A DNA stretch of 64,000 bases from Felis catus (taxonomy: Eukaryota). Of the stretch, positions 38,791 through 50,940 are shown in pieces (position 1 is the stretch's first letter; every line of letters starts with the position of its first letter). The DNA is taken from NCBI RefSeq assembly GCF_018350175.1, contig NC_058368.1:207330001-207394000 (forward strand). The letters run 5' to 3'. The notes under the pieces are model-generated. The model was given only the letters and a program-made list of their open reading frames with translations, made no database searches and had not been told where the DNA came from. Position numbers and translations under genes: made by a program.

Positions 38791-40339
38791 TAGAGGCAAA
38801 CAGAGAAGCAAAATGGAAGCTGGAGACCTCACTATTGTATATGACTCTCTCCTATGACATGAGGTGACATAAGCCAAGGTGATAAATCAGAGAGTGGTGC
38901 ATGGCATGAGGTAATAATTAATAAACATATGCTGAAAGAGTATATTAGTAAGTGAGAATCATAATTGCAGACTAAGAAGATCTGAAGCAAATCTGCATAC
39001 GACTTGCAAAGAAGGTTGAAGCAAGCTAATATGGCCAAGACTTGGTTTTATTACCAGCTATGCACCCCTGGAGGGAACCAGGTAGCTTAAAGGAACAGTG
39101 CTGGCTTGTTGCCAAATGAAAAAAAAAAAAAAAAAAAAAGAGAGAGAGAGAGAAAAGCAAAGCAAATACGAATTAATAACCCTACTCACTCACTGTTATC
39201 TCATGTTGTGAAGACTTGTGCTTTGATTCAAGTGATTTTTTTCTTCTACTCCAGTCTCAGTAATGTGATGCATTTAAGAAGTCTCAATAGCAATGCAAAA
39301 TGACTTTGCAATTCACAGGATAATTTTGGTACAATAACAAATAAGGAAATGTGACTAATCTGCCTTCGTCTTATCTTTTTCCTGTAGTAATAACCCAGCT
39401 ATTTTTGGGATGGTAGAATATCGCCTTCCCTTCCCATACCCTCCCTTTCCTAAAACACTTGCAACAGTTTTGTTTGTCAAAAGAAATCTATTCTAACTAC
39501 TTCATTCACAACATGCGTTCTGCAAGCTTCTGACAACAAGAAATTCCTCTTGTACTCTAAAACAGCTATGTCCTAGAACTCTTACTAAAAAGGCTAACCA
39601 AACTATTTATCATTTTCAAGTTCCCATCATTACTTGCATCCAGACAAGACAAATAGAAGGCATATGCAGAGAATGGCATAACCATCTAGGGACAGTATAG
39701 GATGTCCATTTTAATATGTTGGGTCTTGATCCATTGGCTAAAGGTATAGGCAGGGTTCACACTCTTCAAGCTATCAACATGTACTCTGATGAGTTAAATA
39801 GAATGATGAGGGACTGGGCCGTCATGATGTTGGCAGAAGTCAGGATCTCAAGGACTCAGATATAATACAGAAGATGCAAATGCTTTAATTGCAGAATAAA
39901 ATTGCAAATTAAATTTAAATCCAGATTTAATTGGAATTATGGTGTCTGGATAGTCTGCAGGGTAACATAGTAGATTTCAGTCAAATAAGTCAAAAAGCAG
40001 AGCCTGTCGGGGAATGACAGAATAACTTCAGACAAAAATTGTGCTGCAACTTCCAGAAGTTTTCTATTGACTTTTCTCTTAGGACAACTGAGAATCTTTG
40101 CTCAGTCTTCTTACTCTTGGATTGCCTTTTGGGTTTAGAAGATCTTCCGTGTATTCTAAGAGTTCTATTCACTGTCTCTATCTTTTGGCAGGTGCGCTCT
40201 TTGAAAAATATATATATAGGACATTTGCAAAAGAAATTCAAACATTTGGAGCAATAGAGCTTGTGTGTCAGACTCTCCCACTCCTGCTGCTACTGCAGCC
40301 AAGCAATACCCTAAGGAAAGTCAATAGTCAGCATCTCTG

Positions 40340-40620
40340 GGAGAGGAACTCCCCACCCCAAACACTGGTATTTTTTAAAGCTCCCCAAGTGATTCAATAT
40401 GCAGTCAGAATGGAAAACCAATGGCAGAAATTATCCTAATTTGTTGGTTTCCTTGCCCAGAGGTTCCCAAACATGAGTGTTTAAATATTTGTTGGAAATG
40501 AGATTCCTAAGCACTGAGGGACTGAATCAGAATCTCTAGGGATGGGAGTAGGTGAAGGATGGGATTGTTGTTGGTAGTGATGGGGTGATAAAGAGCAGAA
40601 ATCTGTATTGTAAGAGTACT
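40340..40620. mobile_element. MER5-like fragments
   Basis: ggtattttttaaagctccccaagtgattcaatatgcag; gaaatgagattcc...actgaatcagaatctctaggg. Confidence 0.65.
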
Positions 40621-41369
40621 TTACAGGAAATCATTTCATTTGACCATCCAGACTCCTAGGAACAGCTCTGGTGTCATGTTTTGGCTTGTTAAAATGAGTC
40701 ATCTACTGGGTCATACCAGTTAGTTCAGATTGTTTTCCTTCTTACTGAGAATATTACCTTGATTTTGCTTGATGCAAAACAATCCAAGTTTGTTTTCCGT
40801 ATGGCTTTTGTCTGTCAAATTCACAAGATAATGAAACTGCTTTGATCAAACTGTTAGGGTTTTGGAATTCCTTACCGGATATGCCCTGCAAATGCTCAGG
40901 CCATGTATTATCGTGAACCTGGAAGAATATACATTATCAAGTTTTTAAAAACTGAGCTCCATTACAGATGGAATTATAGAACCCCACCATAGTGTATCAC
41001 CCCACCTTTCTAGTCTAGCCCCATGAACTAACTCTTCTGAAGATTCTCATTAGTAAGCATTAAAGACTACCCCCCTCTCCCAAGGGACCTCCAATGCTGG
41101 GGTGCCAATCACTGATACCACTTCTGGAGCAGGTCAACTTCCTGATTTCCAAATGTGTCTATTTCCATTGGCCAGCAATATTTTACCCTTTGTGGTTTTG
41201 TAGCTCTCTTCCTCTACGACGGAAAAAGGAGAAAGGCACTCTCTGCATGTTTCACCAGTCCTCTGAGACCAAGAACATTTCCTTTTCAGTGAAGAGGCTT
41301 ATCCACTGTCAGAGAAGTCTACTTCTCACCCACCACTGACTTCCTCTGCCTGGAGTAGATAGATTTTGA

Positions 41370-41580
41370 ACTCCATAATTTGGGTGCTGACCTATACTGC
41401 TTCATTTTGTTCTGAGGCTGTCTCAGAATGGAATGACAGCTATGAGCCAACCTATCACTGTTGAAAGTAGAAAATCTGCAGGAGTTGGGCAGAGTAGGTG
41501 TTGTATAAACACACTTCAGTAAAGAACTTTGACTTGACCTAAGTCTTATCAAACAGCAACAACAGATGTTGGTGGCAGAC
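41370..41580 (+). mobile_element. CR1/L3-like RT remnant
   Basis: gtaggtgttgtataaacacacttcagtaaagaactttgac resembles the coding of the VDVVYLDFSKAFD motif. Confidence 0.4.
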
Positions 41581-42694
41581 AACTCTTAGTCCATAAACTC
41601 AAGAAAGAATTGTCTCTTAGCCCTGTAGAATAGAAATTATTTATCCCAGAAAACTTTTCTAGTTTGGAATATCCAAACTTTCTTTAGGAGATTGGCCCTA
41701 AATTAGGGATGAAGATTTCCTACACTGACCTAAAACACTTGAAAACAGTTCAACTTTGTACTTGAATCCATAGAGAAAAAGTGTTGGTAAATGGAACTTT
41801 TCAGGAAAAATAAAGATTAGAGTGAGTAACATCAAAGGGAAGAAGATACTGAATATTGACAATTTTCTAGGAACTCAGTTCATAGTCATAGAGAGCAGAT
41901 ATACAAAAATGAGGAAGTAATTGAGGGAAGAATTGCATCTTAAAAGCACTCATTTTATAATGCAGCCACCACAGGGCCACACAAAACAAAACAAAACATA
42001 AAAGGAATACAGAGGAACTTTAAAAATTGTTTTCTTATTTTCTTAAAAATACTACGGTCTTTAAGAGAAAATAAGACAGATATCATGAAAGGTAAAATAA
42101 ATATATAGTATAGTGCTTGATTAGATTCTAAGAAATTGGAGAAGATAGCAAATACTATAATGGTTCAGAGACTCTTTTGGTAAGGCATTGTCTTGAACCA
42201 AATGGGACATAGCTGGGCCTTTAATAAAATTATAGGTAAGACTTCAAAATAAAGAACTCGATGTACCATGAAAAATAAAAAAAAAAAATCAATGTTTATA
42301 TCTATCATCATAATCCCACAGTCATTTGAAATAAAGAATAATAAAGAAGTTTTATACTTATATGTAGCCATTTTGAATTACTTTATCTTTATACAGCACA
42401 TACTGGTTGGGTGTAGAAGCTCTATCAAATTCCATACAGATGTGAACAAGTCTTAGATTTCACTGACACCACTTTTAATCCAAAGGACCAAGCTTAACTC
42501 TAAGTAAGAGCTTCTGAGTCCCCATAGAAAGTCACTCAAGGAAACTGGTCTCATTACATGATGTTGACCATTATCATACAGCCTGATCCTGACTTATTCA
42601 CCAAATTAGATTCCAAACAATGGGAAAAACTAAGTCTACTCTCAAAGAAAAATATTTTGCCAGTAATGATGTTATTAAAAAAACATACTGCAAA

Positions 42695-42868
42695 AGTACA
42701 GCATAGGGAATACAGTGAATAATATTATAAAAATGTTGTATGGTGATAGGTGATAACTATATTTATTATGGTGAGCTTTGTGTAATGTATAGAATTGCTT
42801 AATCACTATGTTGTGCACCTTAAATTACTATAACAGTGTATATCAACTACACTTCAATAGTAAAAATA
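42695..42868 (+). mobile_element. L1 3'-end fragment (L1MA9/carnivore-like)
   Basis: gtacagcatagggaatacagtgaataatatt...aatcactatgttgtgcacct...tatcaactacacttcaat. Confidence 0.88.
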
Positions 42869-43224
42869 TTTATGTAAAAGTTTTACAAATAAAACACAAA
42901 ACAAAACATGCTGCAGGACACAAAATTAGTCACATAAAAAGGAATTTCAAAAGGTTTCAGGCTGTGGCCACCACTAAAATAAATCCATCCTCTTACAATG
43001 AGTATGTGAAGGGAATACGCCTTACTTTGGAACAATGACATTTGACATATATATTTTTTTTAATTCAAGCCCATTGTTCTTCAGTCATACCTGATGTAAA
43101 TGATGTGATTTCAAGGTTTTCTTGGACTCCTCAATTTTCTATCTGATTTAGGTTTGAAGAAAATTAGACCAAATCACTTCTTTTTTGCTTATCTTGATGA
43201 TCCACAGTATTGAGACAAGGAATA

Positions 43225-43440
43225 GCACAGTGGAAAGGACATAAACCCTGGAGTCAAACTATATGAACCCAGGATGCTACCTGTGAACTGTGTGACTTTG
43301 TGTGAGTTGCTTAATGTATGTGAGCCTCAGACATGCTATCTGAAAATAGAGACAATATATAGTACACAACGAGTATATTACAAAGGCCATATCATCTGGT
43401 AGAGTCTCAATATACAAGAGTTACTCTTTTGGCATCATCA
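43225..43440 (+). mobile_element. MIR
   Basis: gcacagtggaaagg...ctggagtca...ctgtgtgacttt...tgagcctcag. Confidence 0.7.
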
Positions 43441-44291
43441 TTGATATTTACTTGTATTATTATTTCTGACATGATTCTGGACAAATCATTAACTCTGTTC
43501 AGGCTGCAACTACCCTAGTTGTGCATGAGTGGGACCTTATGACAGTCTCTTCACTTCCTTCCGGTTCTAAGATTTTATGCAGGAAATCACATCTGTCACC
43601 AATATAAACCACAAACACAAGTTATACATTTCTGCTGAGAAGTAGTTCTACTTCTGTATTAACGGAAATTTCACAATTGACTTAAGACCGAGTGGTGGAG
43701 GCAGAGGATTTGTCAGCTACACATTTCTCTAGAAACATACTCTCCAAGCTGGGTTCTGGGTGAAAACCCAGTGTAGTTCTGAGGGTTTCCATAGGACTTC
43801 AGTCATTTATTTATACAATAGTCACATTATTTTTAATGAGTTTCTCCAAAAGAGTGTATGTAAGTAGGGCCAGGGAAAGGGAAACAGGTTTTGGAAGTGA
43901 AGGGCCCTGATTGGATTTCCAGATCTCTCATAGTTCACTGTGTGACCCTGACTATCCCTTGTCTTATCTTCAGGAATAATCATCACATTTAGAGGCACTT
44001 TGCATTGGCATTTGCAGTAGACCTGCCACATAATAAGGACTCGGTCCCAACTATCTTCTCTTCTCCACCCCATAGGAGCAGAGATGTTGCTGCAGTTTTC
44101 TTGGTCAAGAGAGTGGCCAGCACTAGAGAGTCAGATAACAGATGTTCAATAATCATTTGAACCACTTGAAGTTGAATTGGACACATGTATTTTCAGGAGT
44201 CAGTTGACTTCCAGAGAAAAATAAAACAGTTCATTTTAAAATAATAACAGTGAACCATTGACATTTTATTCCACATCTGGAATTAGGGAGG

Positions 44292-44446
44292 TTTTCTTTT
44301 TTTTTTTTTTAAGTTTATTTATTTTGAGAGAGAGACAGCATGCATGGGTGTGCAAGAGCATGAGCAGGGGAGGGGCAGAGAGAGAGAGAGGAAGAGAGAA
44401 AATCCCAAGCAGACTTGTGCTGTCAGCTGAACCACCCAGGCACCCC
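44292..44446 (-). mobile_element. CanSINE with an internal deletion of about 80 bp
   Basis: Both ends present; TSD gaat(t/c)agggagg (44280-44291, 44450-44461). Confidence 0.92.
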
Positions 44447-45404
44447 TTAGAATCAGGGAGGCTTAAAAGTGATATTTCCCACAGTGCTCGGACAAATGGT
44501 CTTGGAGAAAGGAATCCCCCTATCAAGTGTTTGAAAAAGCTGGTCTTCTGAGTATGTAATATACCCCAGTGCCCTTCAACAAACACACACTTGGAGATCC
44601 AGTGTGAACTATTAGGTTAAGGGCTCTGAAAATGCTGCAGCAAGAAACTTGTTTTACTGGGTTTAAGCCATTATTTCCCAGTAGTATTTGAGCAGGGAAC
44701 CCTTTGAACACAAGGGAGAAATGTTATTTTTTCAAGAAAGGGAAAGGGAGTAATAAGTGTGTGTAATATGTTTAGATTCTTGAAAGCCATTATAGACTCT
44801 GTTTTAGAACTTGAGTCACTGTGGGGTTGGGCACAGTGTTTAGATGTGAATCAGAAGCTGAATAAGGCTTAAAAATAGAAAGCTCAATGTGGTTAATAAA
44901 TGGGCACTACTATGCAGGAAATAATGTTCCCATATACTTCAGGAGTCTTTACCCAGAAAGGTATTATCATTTACTATCTGGAGGCATTATAGACAGGAAT
45001 GAGCCAGCATTGATCAGTAAGCAATAAATAAAGATTCTGGAATAAATAAATAAATAATCCATGTTTATGACTGATATTACATTATAATTCATGAAATGAC
45101 AAGACTAAGGAGAAAATAAATATTTTAAGACCTAAAAAGTCTATATGTGGCAGATAAACTTTAATGCGAGTATTTAGGTCTAAATATCTAAAATTCATCT
45201 AATCAATACATATTTATTGAGTACCTATTATATACCAGGTAGGGTGTTGGGTACTAGAAATAAAGCAATGGGGGAAAATCTTTGCCTGCATGAAGCTTAT
45301 AGTCTATACAGGAAACAGACATAAATTAATAACAAAAGTGTCGAGTTGTGCCTGTAGTAAGTCCCGCTAAAGGAGAGATTTGTGCCTTGATTTCTACTTT
45401 GGAC

Positions 45405-45537
45405 AATGAGATCAGGAACCACATGTGCTTTATTCACTGTTGTCTCTCCAGCACCTAGCACAGAGTCTGGCATAGAGGAATTGCTCAATGGATACTTACT
45501 GAATTGCTTGGATGAATGAATAAGTGAATGAATAAAG
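45405..45537 (+). mobile_element. L2 3' end in opposite orientation to its host
   Basis: ttcactgttgtctctccagcacctagcacagagtctggcatag...gctcaat...tgaatgaa. Confidence 0.85.
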
Positions 45538-45737
45538 GAGAGTGTATAGTAGAAGGATATGACCTAGAGTTGTCAGAGAAGAGATTCCCTAAATGAAGCT
45601 GACTTCTGAAGGATGGTCATCTAGTAGAGAAGGGAGGGAAGACTATGCCAGGGAATAAATGTGCTAGTCAGGAAGCATGGGTCACATGAGGAGAGACAGG
45701 ATGGCTGGCTGTCATTGTCATAAAGAAAGAGAGTCCA

Positions 45738-45834
45738 GGGCACCTGGGTGGTTTGATTGGTCTGGCTCTTGATTTAGGCTCAGGTCTTGAATCCACAGTC
45801 GTGAGATGGAACCCTGTGTCTGGGCCTGCTTAAG

Positions 45835-45880
<46 letters not shown>

Positions 45881-45920
45881 CCCAGCTCATGCACACAGGC
45901 TCTGTCTCTAAAAAAAAAAA
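45738..45920 (+). mobile_element. Diverged CanSINE with (CT)n
   Basis: gggcacctgggtgg head, ggctcaggtc, A tail. Confidence 0.88.
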
Positions 45921-46599
45921 TGGAGTCATTTATGCAAGATGGGACAAAGATCTAAGCAGCAGGAGAGAGGTCCTCCAGGACCAATTAGGGAGTTCTGTTT
46001 TTATCTTAAGTTCAAAAGAAAACCACTGAGTACTTTAAGCCAAAGGAAGGGTAGTATAATCAGATTTGTTCTTACAATTGTTATTTTGCTTATTGAGTTG
46101 GGTGGGGAGGGAAGAGCAATAGGAGACAAAGGTACTACCTGGGAAGCTACTGCAATAATGTAGGTAAGAGATGATGGTGACTTGGATTATTGTAGCCATG
46201 GAGGGGCGGACGGATTCAAGAGAAATCTAGAAGCTGAGCGACCGCACACATAGAAAGGCAGAGAGAAAAAGAAAAGAGGGTTATCAAGGAAGGCTGTGGG
46301 ATTCCTGGCTTGCATGACCAAAGAGGTGGGGTGTCACTCACTGAGTTAGGAGGTCATGTGAGACCCGGGTGGCACGGGGACTCATCGGTTCAGTCGAACA
46401 TATGGAATGAATGGTTACGAGTGAATAATTAGGGCCCAGGAAGGAGAATCAGAAAATATTCATTTGCCTCATTCTTTTTCATTTCCTATATAATTAGTGA
46501 GCACCTATTTTCAGCCAAGATTGTAGTAGTCGTTGCTCCCTATGGACACTGGCCAGTACGTATCCCTGAATTTTTGTTAAAAAGCCACAAAAAATAAAA

Positions 46600-46735
46600 A
46601 TGTGTAACTTTGTGTGGTGATGGATGTTAACTAAACTTATTGTGGTGCTCTTTTTCCAACACATACATATATCAAATTATTATGTTGTATGCTTTAATAC
46701 CAAATTATATGTCAATCAAATATCAATAAAACTGG
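46600..46735 (+). mobile_element. L1 (L1MB-like) 3'-end fragment
   Basis: gtaactttgtgtggtgatggatgttaactaaacttattgtggtg...tcaataaa. Confidence 0.82.
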
Positions 46736-47040
46736 TGGTGGGAAAGCCAAAACAGTGCCGGACAGGTGAGAAATCGTTTTAGGAGTAATTATGCGTTCCC
46801 TGCACAGAGACAAACTGTATCTCCATCTCAGCATAGTGTTTTTAGCATTTTTCTCCTTTTAGCATTGTTCATGTTCAAGAAGCCCATAAGGAACTGGAAA
46901 ATGACCATATTAATGTGACGGAAATTTGTTGAGAATTAGAACAAATCTCCTGAAGGTTTACGTAAAATAATGAAAGCTGAGGAAAGAAAAGGTAAAGTCT
47001 GAAGAACAACCAAAGATATATCTATAAATTAGCAAAAAAA

Positions 47041-47081
<41 letters not shown>

Positions 47082-47085
47082 AAAA

Positions 47086-47286
47086 GGGGCGCCTGGGTGG
47101 CGCAGTCGGTTGAGTGTCCGACTTCAGCCCAGGTCACGATCTCATGGTCCGTGAGTTCGAGCCCCGCGTCGGGCTCTGGGCTGATGGCTCAGAGCCTGGA
47201 GCCTGTTTCCGATTCTGTGTCTCCCTCTCTCTCTGCCCCTCCCCCGTTCATGCTCTGTCTCTCTCTGTCCCAAAAATAAATAAACA

Positions 47287-47322
<36 letters not shown>

Positions 47323-47323
47323 A
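47086..47323 (+). mobile_element. Young SINEC_Fc CanSINE flanked by (TAAA)n on both sides
   Basis: Full length, CpG-rich. Confidence 0.96.
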
Positions 47324-47459
47324 AAATTAGCCTGGGCCCCCTGAAGCCTGGAGAGAGAAGTTTACAACACATAAGAGAAGAAGATAGAGACGAGCAGAGA
47401 TGGGATGAAGAATGGAGGCATTATCACCAGGTATATTAGAGCAGGGCCTCTCAAACTTT

Positions 47460-47605
47460 TTTATTTTTAATTCCAGTGTACTTACATACAGTGTTATACT
47501 AGGTTCAGGTGTACAATATAATGATTTAACAATTCTATATACTACTCAGTGCTCATCACAATAAGTGTGCTCTTAATCCCTTTCACCTAATTTACCCATC
47601 CTCCC
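47460..47605 (-). mobile_element. L1 (carnivore) 3' end, non-inverted part
   Basis: T-rich tail then ttccagtgtacttacatacagtgttatactaggttcaggtgtacaa (reverse L1 3' UTR). Confidence 0.9.
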
Positions 47606-48097
47606 TTGACAGAGAGGCAAGAATAAGCAATGGGAAAAAGACCATCTCTTCAACATATGGTGTTGGGAAAACTGGACAATTACCTCAAAAAGAATGAAAC
47701 TGGACCACTGTCTTACACCATACACAAAAATAAACTCAAGGTGGATGAAGGGCCTAACTGTGAGGCCTAAAACCATATTAACTCTAGAAGAGAGCACAGA
47801 CAGTCATTTCTCTGACATTGGGCATAGCAACATTTTTTCTAGCTATGTCTCCTGAGGCAAGGGAAACAAAAGAAAAAATAAACTATTGGGACTACATCCA
47901 TATAAAAAGCTTCTGCACAGCCAATAAAACTATCAACAAAATGAAAAGACAGCCTACTGAATGGGAGAAGATCTTTACCAATGACATATTCAGTAAAGAG
48001 TTAGTATCCAAAATATATAAAGAGTTTACACAACTCAACACCAAAAAAACCTCCCAAATAATCCAACTAAAGAGGGGCAGAAGACATGAACAGACAT
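47606..48097 (+). mobile_element. L1 ORF2 C-terminal segment, inverted part
   Basis: Encodes [44 protein letters not shown], typical of carnivore L1 ORF2p. Confidence 0.95.
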
Positions 48098-48259
48098 CTC
48101 TCAAAACTTTAATGTGCATTGGTATCAGTTGGGAAATTGTTAAAGTCCCAATCATAGCTCAGTAGGTCTGGATGGAGGCTAAAATTGTGCCTCTTTACCA
48201 AGCTCCCAGGTGATGCTGGTACTGAGTATGGCAAGGGTTTAGACTAGCAGATCTTAAAG

Positions 48260-48319
48260 GATCAGAAGAACACTGAGTCCGGGTTCCACCGTGTATTTTC
48301 TTTTAATTTTATTTTTATT

Positions 48320-48354
<35 letters not shown>

Positions 48355-48715
48355 ACAAGCAGGGAAATTGCCGGGGACAGGGGGCGGTGCAGGGACAGAG
48401 GATCCAAAGCAGGCTCTGCACTGACAGCAGCGAGCCAAGGCAGGCTCGAACTCAGGAATGGTGGGATCCTGACATAGGGTAGAGTCCGATGCTCCACTGA
48501 CTGAGCCAGCCAACCTTGCGTGGCTGGTTCCACCACTTATTAACCGCGTGCCCTTAGTGAAGCAACTTGGCCTCGCTAAGCCTCAATTTCCTCATCTCTA
48601 ATGGAGAGTAATAATAGTACAACCCTTCATAGGGTTATTGTGAGGATTAATTGAAATAACTGTGGGCCTATAACAAGTATTTCCTGCATGTTAACTGTTA
48701 GTATTATTAGTATTA
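48260..48715 (+). mobile_element. MIR interrupted by a SINE
   Basis: agcctcaatttcctcatct...cttcatagggttattgtgaggattaa. Confidence 0.8.
48297..48520 (-). mobile_element. Diverged CanSINE
   Basis: T tail, (GA)n, gaggatccaaagcaggctctgcactgacag. Confidence 0.88.
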
Positions 48716-50114
48716 TTAAAGTCATAATTCCGGGAGGTGGTTAAGACTGAAAGCACAAAGTAGTTGAAGAAGGTTTTAGGTAACTTAAAACCAGCTGGTG
48801 GATCCACAAAATGGATTAAAATGGATTAAAATGTTTGAAACTGAGGCATATCACTATGGCATATGATTACTGAGTTTAACTTATCAGATACATTTTACAT
48901 TTTAGGTTCATTATTTCTCATTAGTCCATCCAACAACTGCCTGTCCAAATACCAACGCCAATAAAACAGAATTATACCAATCTCTGGACATAGAGGACTT
49001 AAGCTGACAAAGGCATCCACAGGAGAAAAGTCAACTTCAGGACTATCATAAGAATATGTCTGTGGTCAAATAATTTCATGCTTCTATAATAATAGAAACT
49101 TCCCCTCCATTTGTCTTCCAATGCAATGCTTTTATGTCCAACATTAGTGATGCATAAATTACCCAGATTAGAAAGGACATAGAGAGAAGAGGACATAATT
49201 TATCTCCTTGAACATACAATGGATTTAAAGGGAGCTCTGACTCTTTCTAGTATAGTGTGTGCCCCACAGGGCCTCCTGGAATCCAGGGGGAGATAAAAGT
49301 CCTTCAAAAATAATTTACTTATTGACGTCAGTAAATCTGAAGTAAAACAATTAAGTGCTTTCAATTCATTTTATCACAAACAATTATGCATTGAGAACCA
49401 GCTATATGCCTGCCAATGTCCTAGGAGTTGTGCAAGGGCAAGAAATTTAAGTCAGTTCCTAGGCCCAAGAAATACATGATTGGTTTTTCAGACAGGTCAT
49501 ATACACACAAAACACAACAATGTATAGGGCACCATGTGACTGATTACCAAAGCGGCATTCATAAGAGGTACTAAAGGAGAATAAACATGAGAATGATCAG
49601 AGTTAGTAGAAAATATCATCTGAGGAAATAGCACCTGATTTGTGCCTTGAAGAGTAACTGAATTTGTATAAAGCTAGAAGTTGGAAATTCATTATTGGCT
49701 AATACAGCAAGAACAAGTTTGGGGTAGCAGTGGTGAAGCAATATGGCATGATTTTGTGTCTGCAGAAAACAATGGAAAACTAAAATGCAATACGCATTCA
49801 GTATGGTGGGGCAGTATCATAAGATTTTGACAGTCAGTTGAGGAGGCTGGAATGGGAGAGGGCAATGCATTACAGGAATGCACATGAATGTGTGTATAGT
49901 AATATATGTGTGCATATATGTGTATTTACTTAATAGCTAGAAAAATTATTGAAACTGCATTTTCAATGTAACACCAACTGGTAATGCGGACATATATACC
50001 CTGTATCCATAGCGTGGAGAACCTAAATTTTGTCAACGCTCTACTCTCCTACCTAGGAGCTCATATTTGGCAATCTATATAAATATAGATAAAAGGATTT
50101 TTTGGTCTGGGAAC

Positions 50115-50165
50115 TTTTTTTTTTTTAGTTTAGTTTTATTTATTTTGAGAGAAAGAGAGAGCATC
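50115..50165 (-). mobile_element. CanSINE tail fragment
   Basis: T run followed by tttatttattttgagagaaagagagagca. Confidence 0.65.
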
Positions 50166-50699
50166 ATATAGAAATTGTATGCCCTTCAATTTCCTAATTA
50201 TAAACAATGATCTGTAGAAGACCACCGACGTATACTACTGAGCAGCTAGTCACAAGACTTCATCTGCGTAGGCTAAGGGCTATGGAAACAGATCTGATCT
50301 TGTCTGATCTTCTGTGTGTACTCAGTGATCCGGACAACATGATTCTTGTCTGGCCTGAAATGTCCATTTCTTGCTTCAGAGTCCTTATTTCCAAGTCTAG
50401 GTCACTACTCATGTTACCTCTAAACATCATCTTTACTCATCTTTATTGATCAAGTTCTTCACAAAGCTCTGCTTCCCTGCAGTAAGTTCCTTAAATTCTG
50501 ACCGTGGCTTTGCTGCACTAGATTCTATGTCTACGTGTGCCTTCCCTCTGGCAGCTGTGTTTCCTCTGGGAGAAGAGTGGTCTTCTGTCTGCTGTGACAA
50601 GCAACAGTCACTTCTTCTTGTAGTGAGAACTGAAACCAGAACCACCATATGCCATTTCCTGGACACTTCCTATTAAAGTTCCCTTCCCTCACCCACAGA

Positions 50700-50940
50700 A
50701 GCTGTAGTTTAGTGGTTACGGGCAACAGGTTCTTGGATTTGAACGTCAGCATTGCAACTTACCAACTGCACATTCTTGGACATGTAGCATTTCTACACAT
50801 CAGCTTTCCTTTTTTTAGAGCAGGATAATAATAGTGCCAACCCGTGGAGTTATTGTGAGGATTAACGAAGTGAATCAATATAAAGGGATTTAGAAAGTTA
50901 TTTGGTACATAACAGGTACTCACCAAAGGTTTCTTGTGAT
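50700..50940 (+). mobile_element. MIR
   Basis: tagtggtta...ggataataatagtgccaacc...gttattgtgaggattaa. Confidence 0.75.

Larger units (their letters stand above)
45200..46400 (-). mobile_element. L2, interrupted
   Basis: atatttattgagtacctatta..., ggaagctactgcaataatgtaggtaagagatgatggtgacttgga. Confidence 0.82.
47441..48243. mobile_element. MER5-like DNA transposon split by L1
   Basis: cagggcctctcaaacttt start; resumes aatgtgcatt...tcagtaggtctgg...caagctcccaggtgatgctg. Confidence 0.75.

Noticed and set aside
47818..48165. 115-aa ORF as a gene
   Set aside because: Fragment of L1 ORF2 running into MER5 sequence
50433..50676. Overlapping ORFs on both strands
   Set aside because: Short, unrecognisable and without clear splice boundaries
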